The notes below the pieces were generated by a model, which had not been told where the DNA came from, did not search any database, and saw only the letters and a program-made list of their open reading frames with translations. Below are positions 28,121 to 44,857 of a stretch of DNA of 54,381 nucleotides, one piece after another (the first letter of the stretch is position 1; every line of letters starts with the position of its first letter). Source of the DNA: Betaproteobacteria bacterium. GTDB lineage: Bacteria > Pseudomonadota > Gammaproteobacteria > Burkholderiales > Burkholderiaceae_C. The DNA lies in the NCBI GenBank assembly GCA_010030205.1, contig RGQD01000001.1:1-54381 (forward strand), in the 5' to 3' direction. The position numbers and the translations under genes were made by a program.

Positions 28121-29464
28121 CCCTGCAACGTCGTGACCTGGCGCGGAGATATCCGACCGGCTGCGGATCCGACCTGCCGGCAGCAACAGCCGAAAACGCG
28201 ACCCGACCCCGGGCTCGCTGTCGATCTCCAGCGCCCCGCCGTGGCGTTGCATCACATGCTTGACGATAGACAGTCCCAAGCCAGTGCCGCCGGTGTCACG
28301 CGATCGGCTGCCATCGACCCGGTAGAAGCGCTCGGACAGGCGCGGCAAATGGTCACGCGCAATGCCGATGCCATTGTCTCGGACCTCAACCTCACCGCCA
28401 CCATCAAGCTTGCCATGCCAGGCAATCTGGATCAGCCCGCCGGCAGGCGTGTAGCGCACCGCGTTTTGAACCAGGTTGGCCACTGCACTGAGCAGTTCGG
28501 CCTCCAGACCCGCCAGCTCCAGATCGGGCGGTTCGGTCAGCTCGATCTGGTGCCGGCCGGCCGACAAGGTGCGGGCATCACCCAGCACACGGTGCAGCAG
28601 CGACGCGACGCCCACCCACCGGTCGGCCGGTGGCCTGGGGCTGCCCTCAAGCTGAGCCAGTGTCAGCAAGTCGGACACCAGCACCTGCATCCTGTCGGTC
28701 TGCTGCTGCATCAGCTTGAGCACCCTGGCGCGCTCGACCTCGGTCAACGGCAAGTTGACCATGGTCTCAACAAACCCCGCCAACACCGTGAGTGGAGTCC
28801 GGATCTCGTGCGATACGTTGGCGACGAAATCACGCCTCATGGCCTCGGCGCGCAAACGCTCGGTAACATCTTGCGAAATCACCAGCTTTTGGCCATCACC
28901 ATATTGCCGTAGCACGACCTGCAAACTGCCGCGCCCGCCTGGCGCGACCAGCGTGATGGGTTCGCGCCAGATACCTTCTTGCAGGTAGGCCACGAAAGCC
29001 GGCGACCGCACCAGGTTGGTGATCGGCTGGTACAGGTCGCGCTTCGCATCCAGACCCAGGTGGTCCGCCGCAACCACTGAGCACCAGACGATCTGGTCCA
29101 TGGCGTCGAGCAGCAGCACGCCATTGGGCGAAGCTTCGATGGCCGACAGAAATTCATCCAGACGCCGGTTTTCGGCGGCCAGCGCCTGCTCGCGCGAGCG
29201 CAGTGCACGCTCGAGCCGATAGCCCAGTTCACCCCAGAATCCGGAATCGCGAGGCGCGTCGAGTTCTTGCCCACCCCGCAGCCAGGTCATCAGCCGCGCG
29301 GCACGCCAAGCATCCAGCGCCACCGCCGAGCCAGCACAGAGCGTTGCGCCGAGCATCGCACCCGCCTCCGGCAGGCCGATTGACGCACCGGCCAGATGCC
29401 CGAGCACGCCCCCTGTGGCCAGGAACAACAGGGCCAGCAACGGACGCGGCAGTAACCAAACCAT
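28109..29464 (-). CDS. phoR: Phosphate regulon sensor kinase
   Basis: RRDFVANVSHEIRTPLTV, NAVRYT, ERFYRVDGSRSRDTGGTGLGLSIVKH. Confidence 0.96.
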   Translation of the reverse strand: MVWLLPRPLLALLFLATGGVLGHLAGASIGLPEAGAMLGATLCAGSAVALDAWRAARLMTWLRGGQELDAPRDSGFWGELGYRLERALRSREQALAAENRRLDEFLSAIEASPNGVLLLDAMDQIVWCSVVAADHLGLDAKRDLYQPITNLVRSPAFVAYLQEGIWREPITLVAPGGRGSLQVVLRQYGDGQKLVISQDVTERLRAEAMRRDFVANVSHEIRTPLTVLAGFVETMVNLPLTEVERARVLKLMQQQTDRMQVLVSDLLTLAQLEGSPRPPADRWVGVASLLHRVLGDARTLSAGRHQIELTEPPDLELAGLEAELLSAVANLVQNAVRYTPAGGLIQIAWHGKLDGGGEVEVRDNGIGIARDHLPRLSERFYRVDGSRSRDTGGTGLGLSIVKHVMQRHGGALEIDSEPGVGSRFRLLLPAGRIRSRSDISAPGHDVAGSAA

Positions 29465-29470
29465 CGGGGC

Positions 29471-30172
29471 TCAGCTTGGCGTCAGGCTGGCGTGCCGAGT
29501 CAGCCGATAACCCGCACCACGGACGGTTTCGACCATGCCTGCACATTGTGCAGGCGACAGCGCCTCGCGCAAGCGCTTGACATGGACGTCAACTGTCCGT
29601 TCTTCGATGAAGACATGGTCGCCCCAGACGCGATCGAGCAATTGGGCTCGACTGTGCACACGTTCTGGATGGGTCATTAGGAAATGCAGCAGTCGAAACT
29701 CTGTTGGCCCCATCTTCAGATCGACCTCGCCGCGGCTGATTCGGTGGGTCGATGGGTCGATCCGAAGTCCTGCCAATTCGACAACGTCGTCAAGCGCCTC
29801 AGGCAACTTGCGACGCAACACAGCACGGATCCTGGCCATCAACTCCTGGGTCGAAAACGGCTTGGTCAGGTAGTCGTCGGCGCCCGCGTCCAGCCCAGCC
29901 ACCTTGTCGACTTCCTCGCCCCGCGCGGTGAGCATGATGATGGGCAACTCCCGGGTCCGGGCGTTGGCACGCCAATGCCGAGCCAAGGCCAGACCGCTCT
30001 GTCCTGGCAGCATCCAGTCCAACACCACCAGATCGGGCAGCATCGCGTCGATCTCCTGGCGGGCGGCCTCGGCGGTGGCAGCGATCGTCACCTGGTGTCC
30101 GGCATGGCGCAAGTTGATCGAAATCAGCTCGGCGATCGCCGGTTCATCTTCAACCACCACGATCTGGCTCAT
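29471..30172 (-). CDS. phoB: Phosphate regulon response regulator
   Basis: VEDEPAI, LDWMLPGQSG, GPTEFRLLHFLMTHPERVHSR, EERTVDVH. Confidence 0.96.
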   Translation of the reverse strand: MSQIVVVEDEPAIAELISINLRHAGHQVTIAATAEAARQEIDAMLPDLVVLDWMLPGQSGLALARHWRANARTRELPIIMLTARGEEVDKVAGLDAGADDYLTKPFSTQELMARIRAVLRRKLPEALDDVVELAGLRIDPSTHRISRGEVDLKMGPTEFRLLHFLMTHPERVHSRAQLLDRVWGDHVFIEERTVDVHVKRLREALSPAQCAGMVETVRGAGYRLTRHASLTPS

Positions 30173-30197
30173 CGTTGTTCGCTCCTCTTGGGATCCA

Positions 30198-30905
30198 TCA
30201 GCGCACCAGGCTCTCGACCGCATCGACCGGGCTGTGCCGCACATCGGTGCCTTTGACGATATAGATGATCTGCTCGGCCAGGTTCTTGGCATGGTCGCCG
30301 ACACGCTCGATGGCCTTGGCGACGAACACCAAGTCAATGGCCGACGAGATCGTGCGCGGGTCTTCCATCATGTAGGTGATGAGCTTGCGCATCAGGCCGT
30401 CGAACTCCTGGTCGATCTGGTCGTCGTGCCGCAGCACTTCGACCGCAGCCTCGGTATCTAGCCTGGCGAAGGCATCGAGCGCCTTGCGCAATTGCTTGGT
30501 CGCGAGTTCAGACTCATAGGACAGGTCAGCCACCGGCAGCCGCAGTCGGCTCGACATGCCGGAGTTCAGCAAGCGCTGAACCGTGCGGGCGATACGCGCA
30601 GCCTCGTCGCCAATGCGCTCGAGGTTGGCGATGGTCTTGGACACCGCGATCAGCAGCCGAAGGTCACGCGCTGTGGGTTGCCGACGCGCGATGATGGACG
30701 AGAGATCGCGGTCGATCTCGATCTCCATCGCGTTCACCCGGTGCTCCTCTTCCAGGACCTGGGTCGCCACATCGCCGTTGAAGGTCGACAGCGCGAGCAC
30801 GGCTTGCGCGACCTGGGATTCGACCAGCCCGCCCATCTCAAGCACCCGAGTGGAGATTCCGCTGAGTTCGTTGTCGAACTGCGTGGACAGATGTTTACCG
30901 CTCAT
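30198..30905 (-). CDS. phoU: Phosphate signalling protein PhoU
   Basis: HLSTQFD, RQPTARDLR, LERIGDEA, ERVGDHAKNLAE. Confidence 0.96.
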   Translation of the reverse strand: MSGKHLSTQFDNELSGISTRVLEMGGLVESQVAQAVLALSTFNGDVATQVLEEEHRVNAMEIEIDRDLSSIIARRQPTARDLRLLIAVSKTIANLERIGDEAARIARTVQRLLNSGMSSRLRLPVADLSYESELATKQLRKALDAFARLDTEAAVEVLRHDDQIDQEFDGLMRKLITYMMEDPRTISSAIDLVFVAKAIERVGDHAKNLAEQIIYIVKGTDVRHSPVDAVESLVR

Positions 30906-30951
30906 GGTGGATCCTTTGATTCGCCAGGTTTGTTGTCGGTCAGCCGGCTCA

Positions 30952-31746
30952 TCAACCGAACCGTCCGGTGATGTAGTCCTCGGTGTCCTTGCGTTTCGGC
31001 TGCGTGAACACCTCAGGCGTGGCACCGAATTCGATCAGGTCGCCCAGGTACATATAAGCGGTGTAATCCGAGCAACGCGCGGCCTGCTGCATGTTGTGGG
31101 TGACGATCAACACGGTGTAATCGGCCTTGAGCTCGTGGATCAGCTCTTCGATCTTGCCGGTTGAGATCGGGTCAAGTGCAGAGCAAGGCTCGTCGAGCAG
31201 CAAGACCTCGGGTTTGATCGCAATGCCGCGCGCAATGCACAGCCGCTGCTGCTGGCCACCCGACAGGCCTGAGCCGCTTTGGTCGAGTTTGTCCTTGACC
31301 TCGTTCCAAAGCGCGGATTTCTTCAGCGCCCACTCCACCCGCTCGTCCATCTCGGCCCGCGGCAGGGTCTCGAACAGCTTGACGCCGAAGGCGATGTTGT
31401 CGTAAATCGACATCGGGAAGGGCGTCGGCTTCTGGAACACCATACCGATCTTGGCCCGGATCAGACTGACATCCAACTTCTTGTTGAGGATGTTCTCGCC
31501 GTCGAGCAGGATCTCGCCTTCGGCGCGCTGATCGGGGTAGAGCTCGAACATGCGGTTGAAGGTGCGCAGCAGCGTGCTCTTGCCGCAGCCCGACGGGCCG
31601 ATGAAGGCCGTGACCTTGTTGGCCGGCAGCGTCAGGTTGATGTTCTTCAGTGCGTGGAAGCCACCGTAGTAGAAGTTGAGGTCGCGCACCGAGATTTTTG
31701 TCTTCTCGGTGCTGGCCAGGTGAGCGGGTGCGACGCGGATGTCCAT
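30952..31746 (-). CDS. pstB: Phosphate ABC ATPase
   Basis: [40 protein letters not shown]. Confidence 0.96.
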   Translation of the reverse strand: MDIRVAPAHLASTEKTKISVRDLNFYYGGFHALKNINLTLPANKVTAFIGPSGCGKSTLLRTFNRMFELYPDQRAEGEILLDGENILNKKLDVSLIRAKIGMVFQKPTPFPMSIYDNIAFGVKLFETLPRAEMDERVEWALKKSALWNEVKDKLDQSGSGLSGGQQQRLCIARGIAIKPEVLLLDEPCSALDPISTGKIEELIHELKADYTVLIVTHNMQQAARCSDYTAYMYLGDLIEFGATPEVFTQPKRKDTEDYITGRFG

Positions 31747-31765
31747 GTTGCGATCCTCCAAAATT

Positions 31766-32650
31766 TCAGTGCTTGTTGCGGAAGAACACGCGGGCGGCGA
31801 TGTTGAGCGCCAGCACACCGATCGTGATCAGGAAGACCCCCGCCCAAGCCAGCTTCTGCCAGTTCTCGTAAGGGCTCATCGCGAACTTGAAGATCGTCAC
31901 GGGCAGGCTGGCCATCGGCTTGCTGAGATCGCTGGTCCAGAACTGGTTGGACAGCGCGGTGAACAGCAAGGGTGCGGTCTCACCCGAGATCCGGGCGATT
32001 GCCAGCAAAATGCCGGTGATGACACCGGCGCGCGCCGCCTTGAGTGTCACCGACGAAATCACAATCCATTTCGGTGTGCCCAAGGCATAAGCTGCTTCGC
32101 GTAGCGCATTGGGAATCAAGCTGAGCATGTTCTCGGTGGTGCGGATGACGACCGGGATCACGATCAGCGCCAGTGCCAGCACCCCGGCAAAACCCGAGAA
32201 GCTCTTGAATTGCGCCACCACCACCGAATAGATGAACAGGCCGATCACGATCGACGGCGCCGACAGCAGGATGTCGTTGATGAATCGGGTGGCGCTGCCG
32301 AGCCAGGTCTTCTGGCCGTACTCGGCCAGGTAGATACCGGCCATCACGCCGATCGGCGTGCCGAGCAAGGTGGCAAGGCCGGCCATCACCACCGAGCCGA
32401 AGATCGCGTTGGCTAGGCCCCCGGTGTCGGCCTGCGGCGGCGGAGTCATCTCGGTGAAAACCGCGAGGTTCAAGCCGCCCAGGCCGAGCCAGAAGGTCTC
32501 AAACAGAATCCACAGCAACCAGAACACGCCAAACGCCATCGCGCCGATCGCCAGCATCAGCGCGACGGCGTTGACACGCTTGCGGTGCCGGTGGATCGCC
32601 AGTCGACCCTCGTGCTGCGCCGCGGTGAAGGCAGTGGACATGGGATTCAT
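31766..32650 (-). CDS. pstA: Phosphate ABC permease
   Basis: [36 protein letters not shown]. Confidence 0.95.
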   Translation of the reverse strand: MNPMSTAFTAAQHEGRLAIHRHRKRVNAVALMLAIGAMAFGVFWLLWILFETFWLGLGGLNLAVFTEMTPPPQADTGGLANAIFGSVVMAGLATLLGTPIGVMAGIYLAEYGQKTWLGSATRFINDILLSAPSIVIGLFIYSVVVAQFKSFSGFAGVLALALIVIPVVIRTTENMLSLIPNALREAAYALGTPKWIVISSVTLKAARAGVITGILLAIARISGETAPLLFTALSNQFWTSDLSKPMASLPVTIFKFAMSPYENWQKLAWAGVFLITIGVLALNIAARVFFRNKH

Positions 32651-33660
32651 GCGCTAGTCCCCTCGCCCTTGCGCAACTGCGAGAGCAACAGCTTGGAAAG
32701 CGCCAGCACCACAAAGGTGATGAAGAACAAGACCAGCCCCAAGTAGATCAGCGAGGCCTGGTGCAGGCCTTCACCGGCTTCGGCAAATTCATTGGCCAGC
32801 GCCGAGGTGATGCTGTTGGCGGCCTCGAACAGCGACAGCGAGTTGAGTTGATTGAAGTTGCCGATCACGAACGTGACCGCCATCGTTTCACCCAACGCGC
32901 GACCCAGCCCGAGCATGATGCCGCCGACAACGCCGGACTTGGTGTAGGGAAGTACCACCCCAGAGACCACCTCCCAGGTGGTGGCGCCCAGACCGTAGGC
33001 CGATTCCTTGAGCATCGGCGGCGTGACCTCGAACACATCGCGCATCACCGAGGCGATGAATGGGATCACCATGATCGCCAGGATGATGCCGGCCGACAGC
33101 AGGCCTATGCCCACCGGCGCGCCCGAGACAAAGGCGCCCAACACCGGCACGCCTTTGAATACCGCCTGCAGCGGTTGCTGCACATAGGTGGCCAGTATCG
33201 GGCTGAACACCAGCAGACCCCACATGCCGTAAACGATTGACGGCACCGCCGCCAGCAACTCGATCGCGATGCCCAGCGGCCGCTTGAGCCAGCCCGGCGA
33301 CATCTCGGTGAGGAAAATCGCGATGCCGAAGCTCACCGGCACGGCGATCAGCAGCGCGATGAACGAGGTCATCAGCGTGCCGTAGATCATCACCAGGCCG
33401 CCGAAATTCTCCTTCACTGGGTCCCACTCACTCGACCAGAGAAAGCCCAGACCGAACTGCTTGATCGCCGGCGCCGCGCCGATCAGCAGCGAGATGATGA
33501 TGCCCACCAGCAGCGACAGCGTCAACCAAGCTGCACCTTGCGCCAGCATCGAGAACAGCGGGTCGGCCCAGGGCGCGATGCGACGCCGCTCAGGCGGTTG
33601 CCGATGTGGCGCTGCACGCTCTGACGACGAATAGGAACTGGCAGGAAGTGTTGCGGCCAC
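32647..33660 (-). CDS. pstC: Phosphate ABC permease
   Basis: [32 protein letters not shown]; GTG start with a GGAGG RBS. Confidence 0.95.
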   Translation of the reverse strand: MAATLPASSYSSSERAAPHRQPPERRRIAPWADPLFSMLAQGAAWLTLSLLVGIIISLLIGAAPAIKQFGLGFLWSSEWDPVKENFGGLVMIYGTLMTSFIALLIAVPVSFGIAIFLTEMSPGWLKRPLGIAIELLAAVPSIVYGMWGLLVFSPILATYVQQPLQAVFKGVPVLGAFVSGAPVGIGLLSAGIILAIMVIPFIASVMRDVFEVTPPMLKESAYGLGATTWEVVSGVVLPYTKSGVVGGIMLGLGRALGETMAVTFVIGNFNQLNSLSLFEAANSITSALANEFAEAGEGLHQASLIYLGLVLFFITFVVLALSKLLLSQLRKGEGTSA

Positions 33661-33718
33661 AGGGCCTCCACTGAGCTGGAAACGAAACGCGGGCGGATAC
33701 GACCCCGCTCGCACCGGA

Positions 33719-34753
33719 TCACTTGTAGGCGATGGCCTTGCCGGCACTGTCCTTCAGATTGTCCATCCAGAGCTTGCGCGACAAGGCCTTGACCGAATCG
33801 GGCAGCGGCACATACTCCAGGTCCGAGGCCAGCTTGTCGCCGCTGGCATATGCCCAGTCGAAGAACTTCAGCGCGTTGCTGGCGTTCGCCGGCTTGTCCT
33901 GCGCCTTGTGCATCAGGATAAAGGTGGCGCCAGTGAGGGGCCAGGATTCCTTGCCGGGCTGCTCGGTCAACACCTGGTAGAAGGTCTTGCTCCAGTCGGC
34001 GCCGGCTGCCGCTGCCTTGAAGTTGAGGTCATCGGGCTCGACATACTGGCCGGCCTGGTTCTTCAACTGCACATGCGACATCTTGTTCTGCTTGGCGTAA
34101 GCGTACTCGACGTAACCAATCGAATTGGGCAGACGCTGCACAAAGGCTGACACGCCCTCGTTGCCCTTGCCGCCGGCACCGACCGGCCAATTCACTGCCG
34201 TGCCCTCGCCGACCTTGGTCTTCCACTCAGCATTGACCTTGGACAAGTAGTTGGTGAAGATGAAGCTGGTGCCTGAGCCATCGGCGCGGCGGACCACCGC
34301 GATGTCGGTCGCCGGCAGCGGCACGCCAGCGTTCAATGCCGTCAGCGCGGCGTCGTTCCACTTCGTGATCTTGCCCAGGTAGATGTCGCCCAGCACGGCG
34401 CCGGTCAGCTTGATCTGGCCGGGTTTGATGCCGACGATGTTGACCACCGGCACGACGCCGCCGATCACGGTGGGGAACTGGATCATGCCGTCCTTGGCCA
34501 GTTCTTCGTCGGTCAAAGGCATGTCGGAAGCGCCAAAATCGACCGTCTTGGACTTGATCTGCTTGATGCCAGCGCCCGAGCCGACAGACTGGTAGTTGAT
34601 ACGCGCACCGGTGGCCTTGTTGTAGGCGTCAGCCCACTTGGAATAGATCGGAGCCGGGAAGGTGGCGCCTGCGCCTGTGACGTCCTGGGCCGATGCGAAG
34701 ACCGGGATCAGGGCCACTGAGACCAGGGCAGCACGGAACAACATTGAATTCAT
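33719..34753 (-). CDS. pstS: Phosphate-binding protein
   Basis: [40 protein letters not shown]. Confidence 0.96.
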   Translation of the reverse strand: MNSMLFRAALVSVALIPVFASAQDVTGAGATFPAPIYSKWADAYNKATGARINYQSVGSGAGIKQIKSKTVDFGASDMPLTDEELAKDGMIQFPTVIGGVVPVVNIVGIKPGQIKLTGAVLGDIYLGKITKWNDAALTALNAGVPLPATDIAVVRRADGSGTSFIFTNYLSKVNAEWKTKVGEGTAVNWPVGAGGKGNEGVSAFVQRLPNSIGYVEYAYAKQNKMSHVQLKNQAGQYVEPDDLNFKAAAAGADWSKTFYQVLTEQPGKESWPLTGATFILMHKAQDKPANASNALKFFDWAYASGDKLASDLEYVPLPDSVKALSRKLWMDNLKDSAGKAIAYK

Positions 34754-34804
34754 TTGCAAAGCCTTTCAGTTTCAAGGAGTTGGCACGCCATACGCCAAGT
34801 CCGG

Positions 34805-34838
34805 ACTCTAGGCAGTCCTTGTGACAGCAGCATGACGG
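34805..34838 (-). promoter_or_regulatory. Pho box plus -10 element of the pstS promoter
   Basis: Minus strand CCGTCAT-GCTG-CTGTCAC, then exactly 10 nt, then TAGAGT: canonical PhoB promoter geometry. Confidence 0.85.
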
Positions 34839-34934
34839 GCTGTCATATTTCGAATTGACGTCACTGAATCGTCATATCAGCGAGGGCTGGCTGTCACATT
34901 TCGCCAGACCTGAACACAAACCGGCAGCCCACGG

Positions 34935-36266
34935 TCAGGCTTGGGCTGCCGCGGCCAGGCGCTGGGCCCATCGCAGCCCTTGGCCTGCGTCGCGTGCCTC
35001 GACCATCACCCGCAACACAGGCTCGGTACCCGAGGCTCGGATCAGCACCCGTCCCAGGCCAGCCAACTCGCCTTCGACCGCCAAGGTCTCCGCTGCGAGC
35101 GCGGTGTTGGTCTGCCAATGGGCCAGACTCGACAAGCGGACATTGAGCAAGGTCTGCGGGAACAAGGTGACGCCGGCCAACAAGTCAGCCAGCGAGGCCC
35201 TTGCCCGCTGTGCCGCCTGAAGCACCTGCAAGGCGCTGACGATGCCGTCGCCGGTGGTGTGTTTGTCAAGCGCCAGCAAATGGCCCGAGCCCTCGCCACC
35301 CAGCAGCCAGCCGCGCGCCGCCATTTCCTCCAGCACATAGCGGTCGCCGACCTTGGCGCGCACCAATTCGATACCGCCGTCCTTGAGCGCGATCTCGACC
35401 GCCATATTGGTCATCAGCGTACCGACCGCACCGGGCACCGACTGGCCTTGCGCCAATCTGTCCATCACCATCGCGTAGAGCAGTTCATCTCCGTTGAACA
35501 AGCGGCCGTTGCAGTCCACCAATTGCAGGCGGTCGGCGTCGCCGTCTAGGGCCACGCCATAGTCAGCGCCATGCGCAGCGACTGTCGCAACCAGCGCCTG
35601 CGGTGAGGTGGCCCCGAACCCCGCATTGATATTTACACCATCGGGTTGGCAACCAATCGAAATCACCTCGGCGCCAAGCTCGTGAAAGACTTCAGGAGCG
35701 ACTTGATACGCCGCACCGTGCGCAGCATCGATCACCACCTTCAGCCCGCGCAGTGACAAGTCCTTGTCGACCGTGCTCTTACAGAACTCGATGTATCGAC
35801 CGCGAGCGTCGTCGAGCCTCTTGGCCTTGCCCAGCGTGGCCGAATCCACCCACTGCGGTGGTTCTTCGAGAGCGGCTTCCACCGCCATTTCCCACTCGTC
35901 CGACAGCTTTTCGCCTTTGGCGGAGAAAAACTTGACGCCGTTGTCAGGGTAGGCATTGTGCGAGGCGCTGATCACCAACCCCAGGTCGAGCCGCAATGCA
36001 CGGGTCAAGTAAGCCACGCCAGGCGTCGGCAACGGTCCCGTCAGCACAGTGTCGACCCCGGCAGAGGCCAGCCCGGCCTCCAGCGCGGACTCGATCATGT
36101 ATCCCGAGATACGCGTGTCCTTGCCGATCAGCACCGTGGGTCGAGCGTTGCTGCGGCGCAGAACGCGGCCTACGGCATGGCCCAAGCGAAGCATGAAATC
36201 AGGGGTGATCGGTGATTGGCCAACGGTACCTCGAATGCCGTCAGTGCCGAAAAATTGTCTTTTCAT
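34935..36266 (-). CDS. glmM: Phosphoglucosamine mutase
   Basis: [36 protein letters not shown]. Confidence 0.96.
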   Translation of the reverse strand: MKRQFFGTDGIRGTVGQSPITPDFMLRLGHAVGRVLRRSNARPTVLIGKDTRISGYMIESALEAGLASAGVDTVLTGPLPTPGVAYLTRALRLDLGLVISASHNAYPDNGVKFFSAKGEKLSDEWEMAVEAALEEPPQWVDSATLGKAKRLDDARGRYIEFCKSTVDKDLSLRGLKVVIDAAHGAAYQVAPEVFHELGAEVISIGCQPDGVNINAGFGATSPQALVATVAAHGADYGVALDGDADRLQLVDCNGRLFNGDELLYAMVMDRLAQGQSVPGAVGTLMTNMAVEIALKDGGIELVRAKVGDRYVLEEMAARGWLLGGEGSGHLLALDKHTTGDGIVSALQVLQAAQRARASLADLLAGVTLFPQTLLNVRLSSLAHWQTNTALAAETLAVEGELAGLGRVLIRASGTEPVLRVMVEARDAGQGLRWAQRLAAAAQA

Positions 36267-36305
36267 CTGGTGTTCTTTCTTGGACTTGGTCATCGTCACA
36301 ACCCA

Positions 36306-37142
36306 TCATCGAGGCAGCAAGCCTGCCGCGCGCCAAACCTTGAGCGCATCGACGGTGGCCGCCACATCGTGCACCCGCACCACCTGCGCACCGCGCTGCA
36401 CGCTGGCCAGCGCTGCGACCACGCTCGCCACGAGGCGCTGGTCTACCGGCCGGTCAGTGAGCGCGCCCAATGTCGACTTGCGCGACCAACCCAGCAGCAT
36501 CGGCCGGCCCAGCGCCAGCAATTCTTCCTGGCGCTGCAGCAAGGTCCAATTGTGTTCGGCGGTCTTGCCAAAGCCGATCCCGGGGTCGATCGCAATCCGG
36601 TCCAATGCCACACCAGCGTCCTGCACCTGCGCGACGCGCAGGCGCAGCCAAGCGGTCACTTCTGCCACGACATCGACGGCGTAGACCGGTGACTGCTGCA
36701 TCGCACCCGGCTCACCTTGCATGTGCATCAGGCAGACGCCGCAGCGCGGATGGGCTGCGACGGTGGCCAATGCATCCGGCCGCGCCAGCGCGCGAACATC
36801 GTTGATGATGTCCACCCCCAGGTCCAACGCGGCCCGAATCACCTCGGGCCGACTGGTGTCGACCGACACCGGCACACCCAGGCGCACCGCATGGCGCAAC
36901 ACAGGCAACACCCGCGCCAATTCCTCTTCGAGACCAGGCTGCTGTGCACCGGGACGGGTCGACTCACCGCCAATGTCCAAAATGTCAGCGCCCTCTTGCA
37001 GCAATTGCTCGCAGTAAGCCATCGCCGCGCTGGCGTGTGCATGATGCCCGCCATCAAAGAAGGAGTCAGGCGTCGCGTTGACGATGCCCATCACCTGCGG
37101 ACGATCCAGCCGGATCACAAAGCGATTGGTCTGCCAATGCAT
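36306..37142 (-). CDS. folP: Dihydropteroate synthase
   Basis: MGIVNATPDSF, DIGGESTRPG, DPGIGFGK, SRKS, RVHDV. Confidence 0.96.
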   Translation of the reverse strand: MHWQTNRFVIRLDRPQVMGIVNATPDSFFDGGHHAHASAAMAYCEQLLQEGADILDIGGESTRPGAQQPGLEEELARVLPVLRHAVRLGVPVSVDTSRPEVIRAALDLGVDIINDVRALARPDALATVAAHPRCGVCLMHMQGEPGAMQQSPVYAVDVVAEVTAWLRLRVAQVQDAGVALDRIAIDPGIGFGKTAEHNWTLLQRQEELLALGRPMLLGWSRKSTLGALTDRPVDQRLVASVVAALASVQRGAQVVRVHDVAATVDALKVWRAAGLLPR

Positions 37143-37154
37143 CACATCAAACAT

Positions 37155-37176
37155 AAGAAAAGGGCCCGAAGGCCCT
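37155..37176 (-). terminator. Terminator-like hairpin after ftsH
   Basis: Minus strand AGGGCC-TTCG-GGCCCT followed by TTTCTT. Confidence 0.6.
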
Positions 37177-37209
37177 GTTTCCGATCAACAAGCACTGATA
37201 CAGATACCG

Positions 37210-39132
<1,923 letters not shown>

Positions 39133-39336
39133 TGCCGCTCCTTAAGCCAAATCGGACAACCGGTGGCGGCGCACGCTACCCAACGGCACGTTCACACCCT
39201 GCATCCACCCAGCCCAACTCCAGATAGGGACGATTCTAAACGAGTCAAGGCCCGAGAGTCGGCATTACACACGGCCTCCAGCAGGGTGAATCCAGTTCGA
39301 TTCGATTCAACGCAAAACCAGATTCAGGCATCACCT

Positions 39337-40011
39337 TCAACCCGCTTTCAGACCAAGTCCGATCAGATAGGTCTCAGCTGACTTGTCGCGCGAGGCCTTG
39401 GGCTTGATCGCTTTGACAACCCGAAACTGCTGCTTGAAACTCTCCACCAGTTGGCTGTAGGCGCCGCTGTGGAAGACCTTGGCGACCAAAGCGCCGCCCG
39501 GCTTGAGGTGACTCTGGGCGAAGTCCAATGCCAACTCGATCAGGTGCTCGATCCGAGCGGCGTCGGCCGATTCGATGCCTGTGAGATTGGGCGCCAAGTC
39601 GGACACCACCACATCGACCAATCGACCGGCCACCAACTCGTGCAACTGCGCCAGCACCGAAACTTCACGGAAATCGCCCTGGATGAATTGCACGCCCTCG
39701 ATGGGCTCCATTGGCAGGATGTCCAGCGCGATGATGGTCCCCAGCAACTCGCCCACTGCCGCGCCACCAACGCCGGCCGCTTTGGGTGCAAAGCGACGGC
39801 GCAGGTATTGGCTCCACGCGCCTGGCGCCGAACCCAAGTCGACCACCACCTGACCCGGGCGAATCAGACCCATCGCTTCATCGATTTCCTTCAGCTTGTA
39901 CGCAGCACGGGCTCGATAGCCGTCGATCTTGGCCAGCTTGACATAGGTGTCATTGATGTGGTCATTGAGCCAAGCTTTGTTGATCTTCTTGCTTTTGGAC
40001 TTGATTTTCAT
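39337..40011 (-). CDS. rlmE: 23S rRNA Um2552 methyltransferase
   Basis: [39 protein letters not shown]. Confidence 0.95.
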   Translation of the reverse strand: MKIKSKSKKINKAWLNDHINDTYVKLAKIDGYRARAAYKLKEIDEAMGLIRPGQVVVDLGSAPGAWSQYLRRRFAPKAAGVGGAAVGELLGTIIALDILPMEPIEGVQFIQGDFREVSVLAQLHELVAGRLVDVVVSDLAPNLTGIESADAARIEHLIELALDFAQSHLKPGGALVAKVFHSGAYSQLVESFKQQFRVVKAIKPKASRDKSAETYLIGLGLKAG

Positions 40012-40031
40012 GACGGGACGATAATACGGCC

Positions 40032-40505
40032 ATGTCTGCCATTCAATTGACGCCTGCCCAACGCAAAGAAAAACGTGGCGAAGCCCATCATCTGGACCCC
40101 GTCGTGCTGATCGGCACCGAAGGACTGACCGATGCCATCTACAGAGAGGCCGATGCCGGGCTCAAAGCCCATGGGCTGATCAAGGTGCGGATGTTTTCCG
40201 ACTCGCGCCCAGACCGTGAAGCCGCCTTGGCCGCAATGGCCGACAAGCTCGATGCCGCACCCGTGCAGCACATCGGCAAGCTGCTGGTGCTGTGGCGGCC
40301 GATGCCCGAGAAGGAAAAGACCCTCAAGGAAGGTGGGATGGCGGCGCCTAGAGTGGTCAAGATCTTGAAGTTCTCCAAGAGTGGCAACCACCGGGCCCAG
40401 ATCAAGAAAGTCACGGTGTTCGGCAACCAGCGCGTCACGGCTGGTGGCGAGATCAAGCGCGTCAAGACTCGGGTGACCAGCGTCAAGAAGAAGGCGCAGG
40501 ACTGA
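40032..40505 (+). CDS. yhbY: YhbY/CRM RNA-binding protein with basic C-terminal extension
   Basis: [30 protein letters not shown]; divergent from rlmE. Confidence 0.9.
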   Translation: MSAIQLTPAQRKEKRGEAHHLDPVVLIGTEGLTDAIYREADAGLKAHGLIKVRMFSDSRPDREAALAAMADKLDAAPVQHIGKLLVLWRPMPEKEKTLKEGGMAAPRVVKILKFSKSGNHRAQIKKVTVFGNQRVTAGGEIKRVKTRVTSVKKKAQD

Positions 40506-40513
40506 GCCGCCCT

Positions 40514-40948
40514 TCAGCGGTGTGGCCCTGCGCCACGCCACGCCAATGCCCCCAGCAGCAATATCTTCGCGCCAAAGAAAGCCGCGCTGATGGCGTGTAG
40601 TTGCCCAAAGCTCAGCGCAGACTGCCCTGCCTTTGCGGCAGTCATCGAGGACTGGACAGCAAAGTATCCTGCCAGAGTGCAGAACACGGTGCCCAGGGTC
40701 AGCAATATTTCAGCGCTCAGGACCGGGTTCAGTCCTCGCCTGGCGCGAACGCGCTCAAGTACAAGCAGCACCAAGCCGAGCACCAAGCTCAGCCAAGCTT
40801 CCTGCAGGAAGATTCGGCCCACCACGCGTCCGGCGTCGGCACGTTCCAGCAAGGCAAAGATCGCTGGCGCGGCGATCAATGCCAGACACAACAGCGCGCC
40901 AGCCCAGCAAGCCGGCAGCAAGCGACGCAGCCGCTCCAGCGTCTTCAA
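40514..40948 (-). CDS. DUF4149 family membrane protein
   Basis: AAPAIFALL.RADAGRV.GRIF and FGQLHAIS motifs, about 4 TM helices; downstream of greA. Confidence 0.8.
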   Translation of the reverse strand: MKTLERLRRLLPACWAGALLCLALIAAPAIFALLERADAGRVVGRIFLQEAWLSLVLGLVLLVLERVRARRGLNPVLSAEILLTLGTVFCTLAGYFAVQSSMTAAKAGQSALSFGQLHAISAAFFGAKILLLGALAWRGAGPHR

Positions 40949-41421
40949 AGGTAACGAACTTCCACGATTTCGTAGCGTTTGAGGCCACCGGGCGCACGGA
41001 CCTCGGCCACATCGCCGGCCTCCTTGCCGATCATCGAACGCGCGATCGGTGAGCTGATCGAGATCAAACCCATTTTCAAATCTGCTTCGTCGTCGCCGAC
41101 GATCTGGTAAGTGACTTCCTGGCCGCTGGCTTCTTCTTCCAAGTCGACGGTGGCGCCAAACACCACCCGACCGCCAGCATCCAGCGTCGCCGGGTCGATC
41201 ACTTGCGCGGCAGCGAGCTTGCTGTCGATCTCGAGAATGCGGCCTTCGATGAAACCCTGCTTGTCCTTGGCGGCCTCGTACTCGGCGTTCTCGGACAGGT
41301 CACCCTGAGCCCGCGCTTCAGAGATCGCTCGAATCACGGCGTGGCGTTCGACGGTCTTGAGCTGGTGCAGCTCGGCTCTGAGCAGTTCGACACCGCGCTT
41401 GGTGACGGGGATGGTGGCCAT
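40945..41421 (-). CDS. greA: Transcription elongation factor GreA
   Basis: EARAQGDLSENAEYEAAK, ISISSPIAR. Confidence 0.97.
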   Translation of the reverse strand: MATIPVTKRGVELLRAELHQLKTVERHAVIRAISEARAQGDLSENAEYEAAKDKQGFIEGRILEIDSKLAAAQVIDPATLDAGGRVVFGATVDLEEEASGQEVTYQIVGDDEADLKMGLISISSPIARSMIGKEAGDVAEVRAPGGLKRYEIVEVRYL

Positions 41422-41451
41422 GCGGGCCTCCTGAAGCAAGGTGAGGACGGA

Positions 41452-41505
41452 CAAAAACAAATCCGCCGCGCTAGGCGCCCGGTGAACGGACGCAAAGGCG
41501 GCGGA
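41452..41505 (-). terminator. Long hairpin plus U tract in the greA leader
   Basis: Minus strand TCCGCCGC...GCGGCGGA followed by TTTGTTTTTG, between the carB stop and the greA start. Confidence 0.6.
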
Positions 41506-41530
41506 ACGGCGAAAACAGTAAGGCCGGAGT

Positions 41531-44849
<3,319 letters not shown>

Positions 44850-44857
<8 letters not shown>

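Noticed and set aside
37050-37080. folP DSFFDGG resembling the Sul1 loop (sulfonamide resistance)
   Set aside because: Single residue difference; the Sul-type Phe-Gly insertion is absent (GIGFGKT) and the gene is in the normal ftsH-folP-glmM context.
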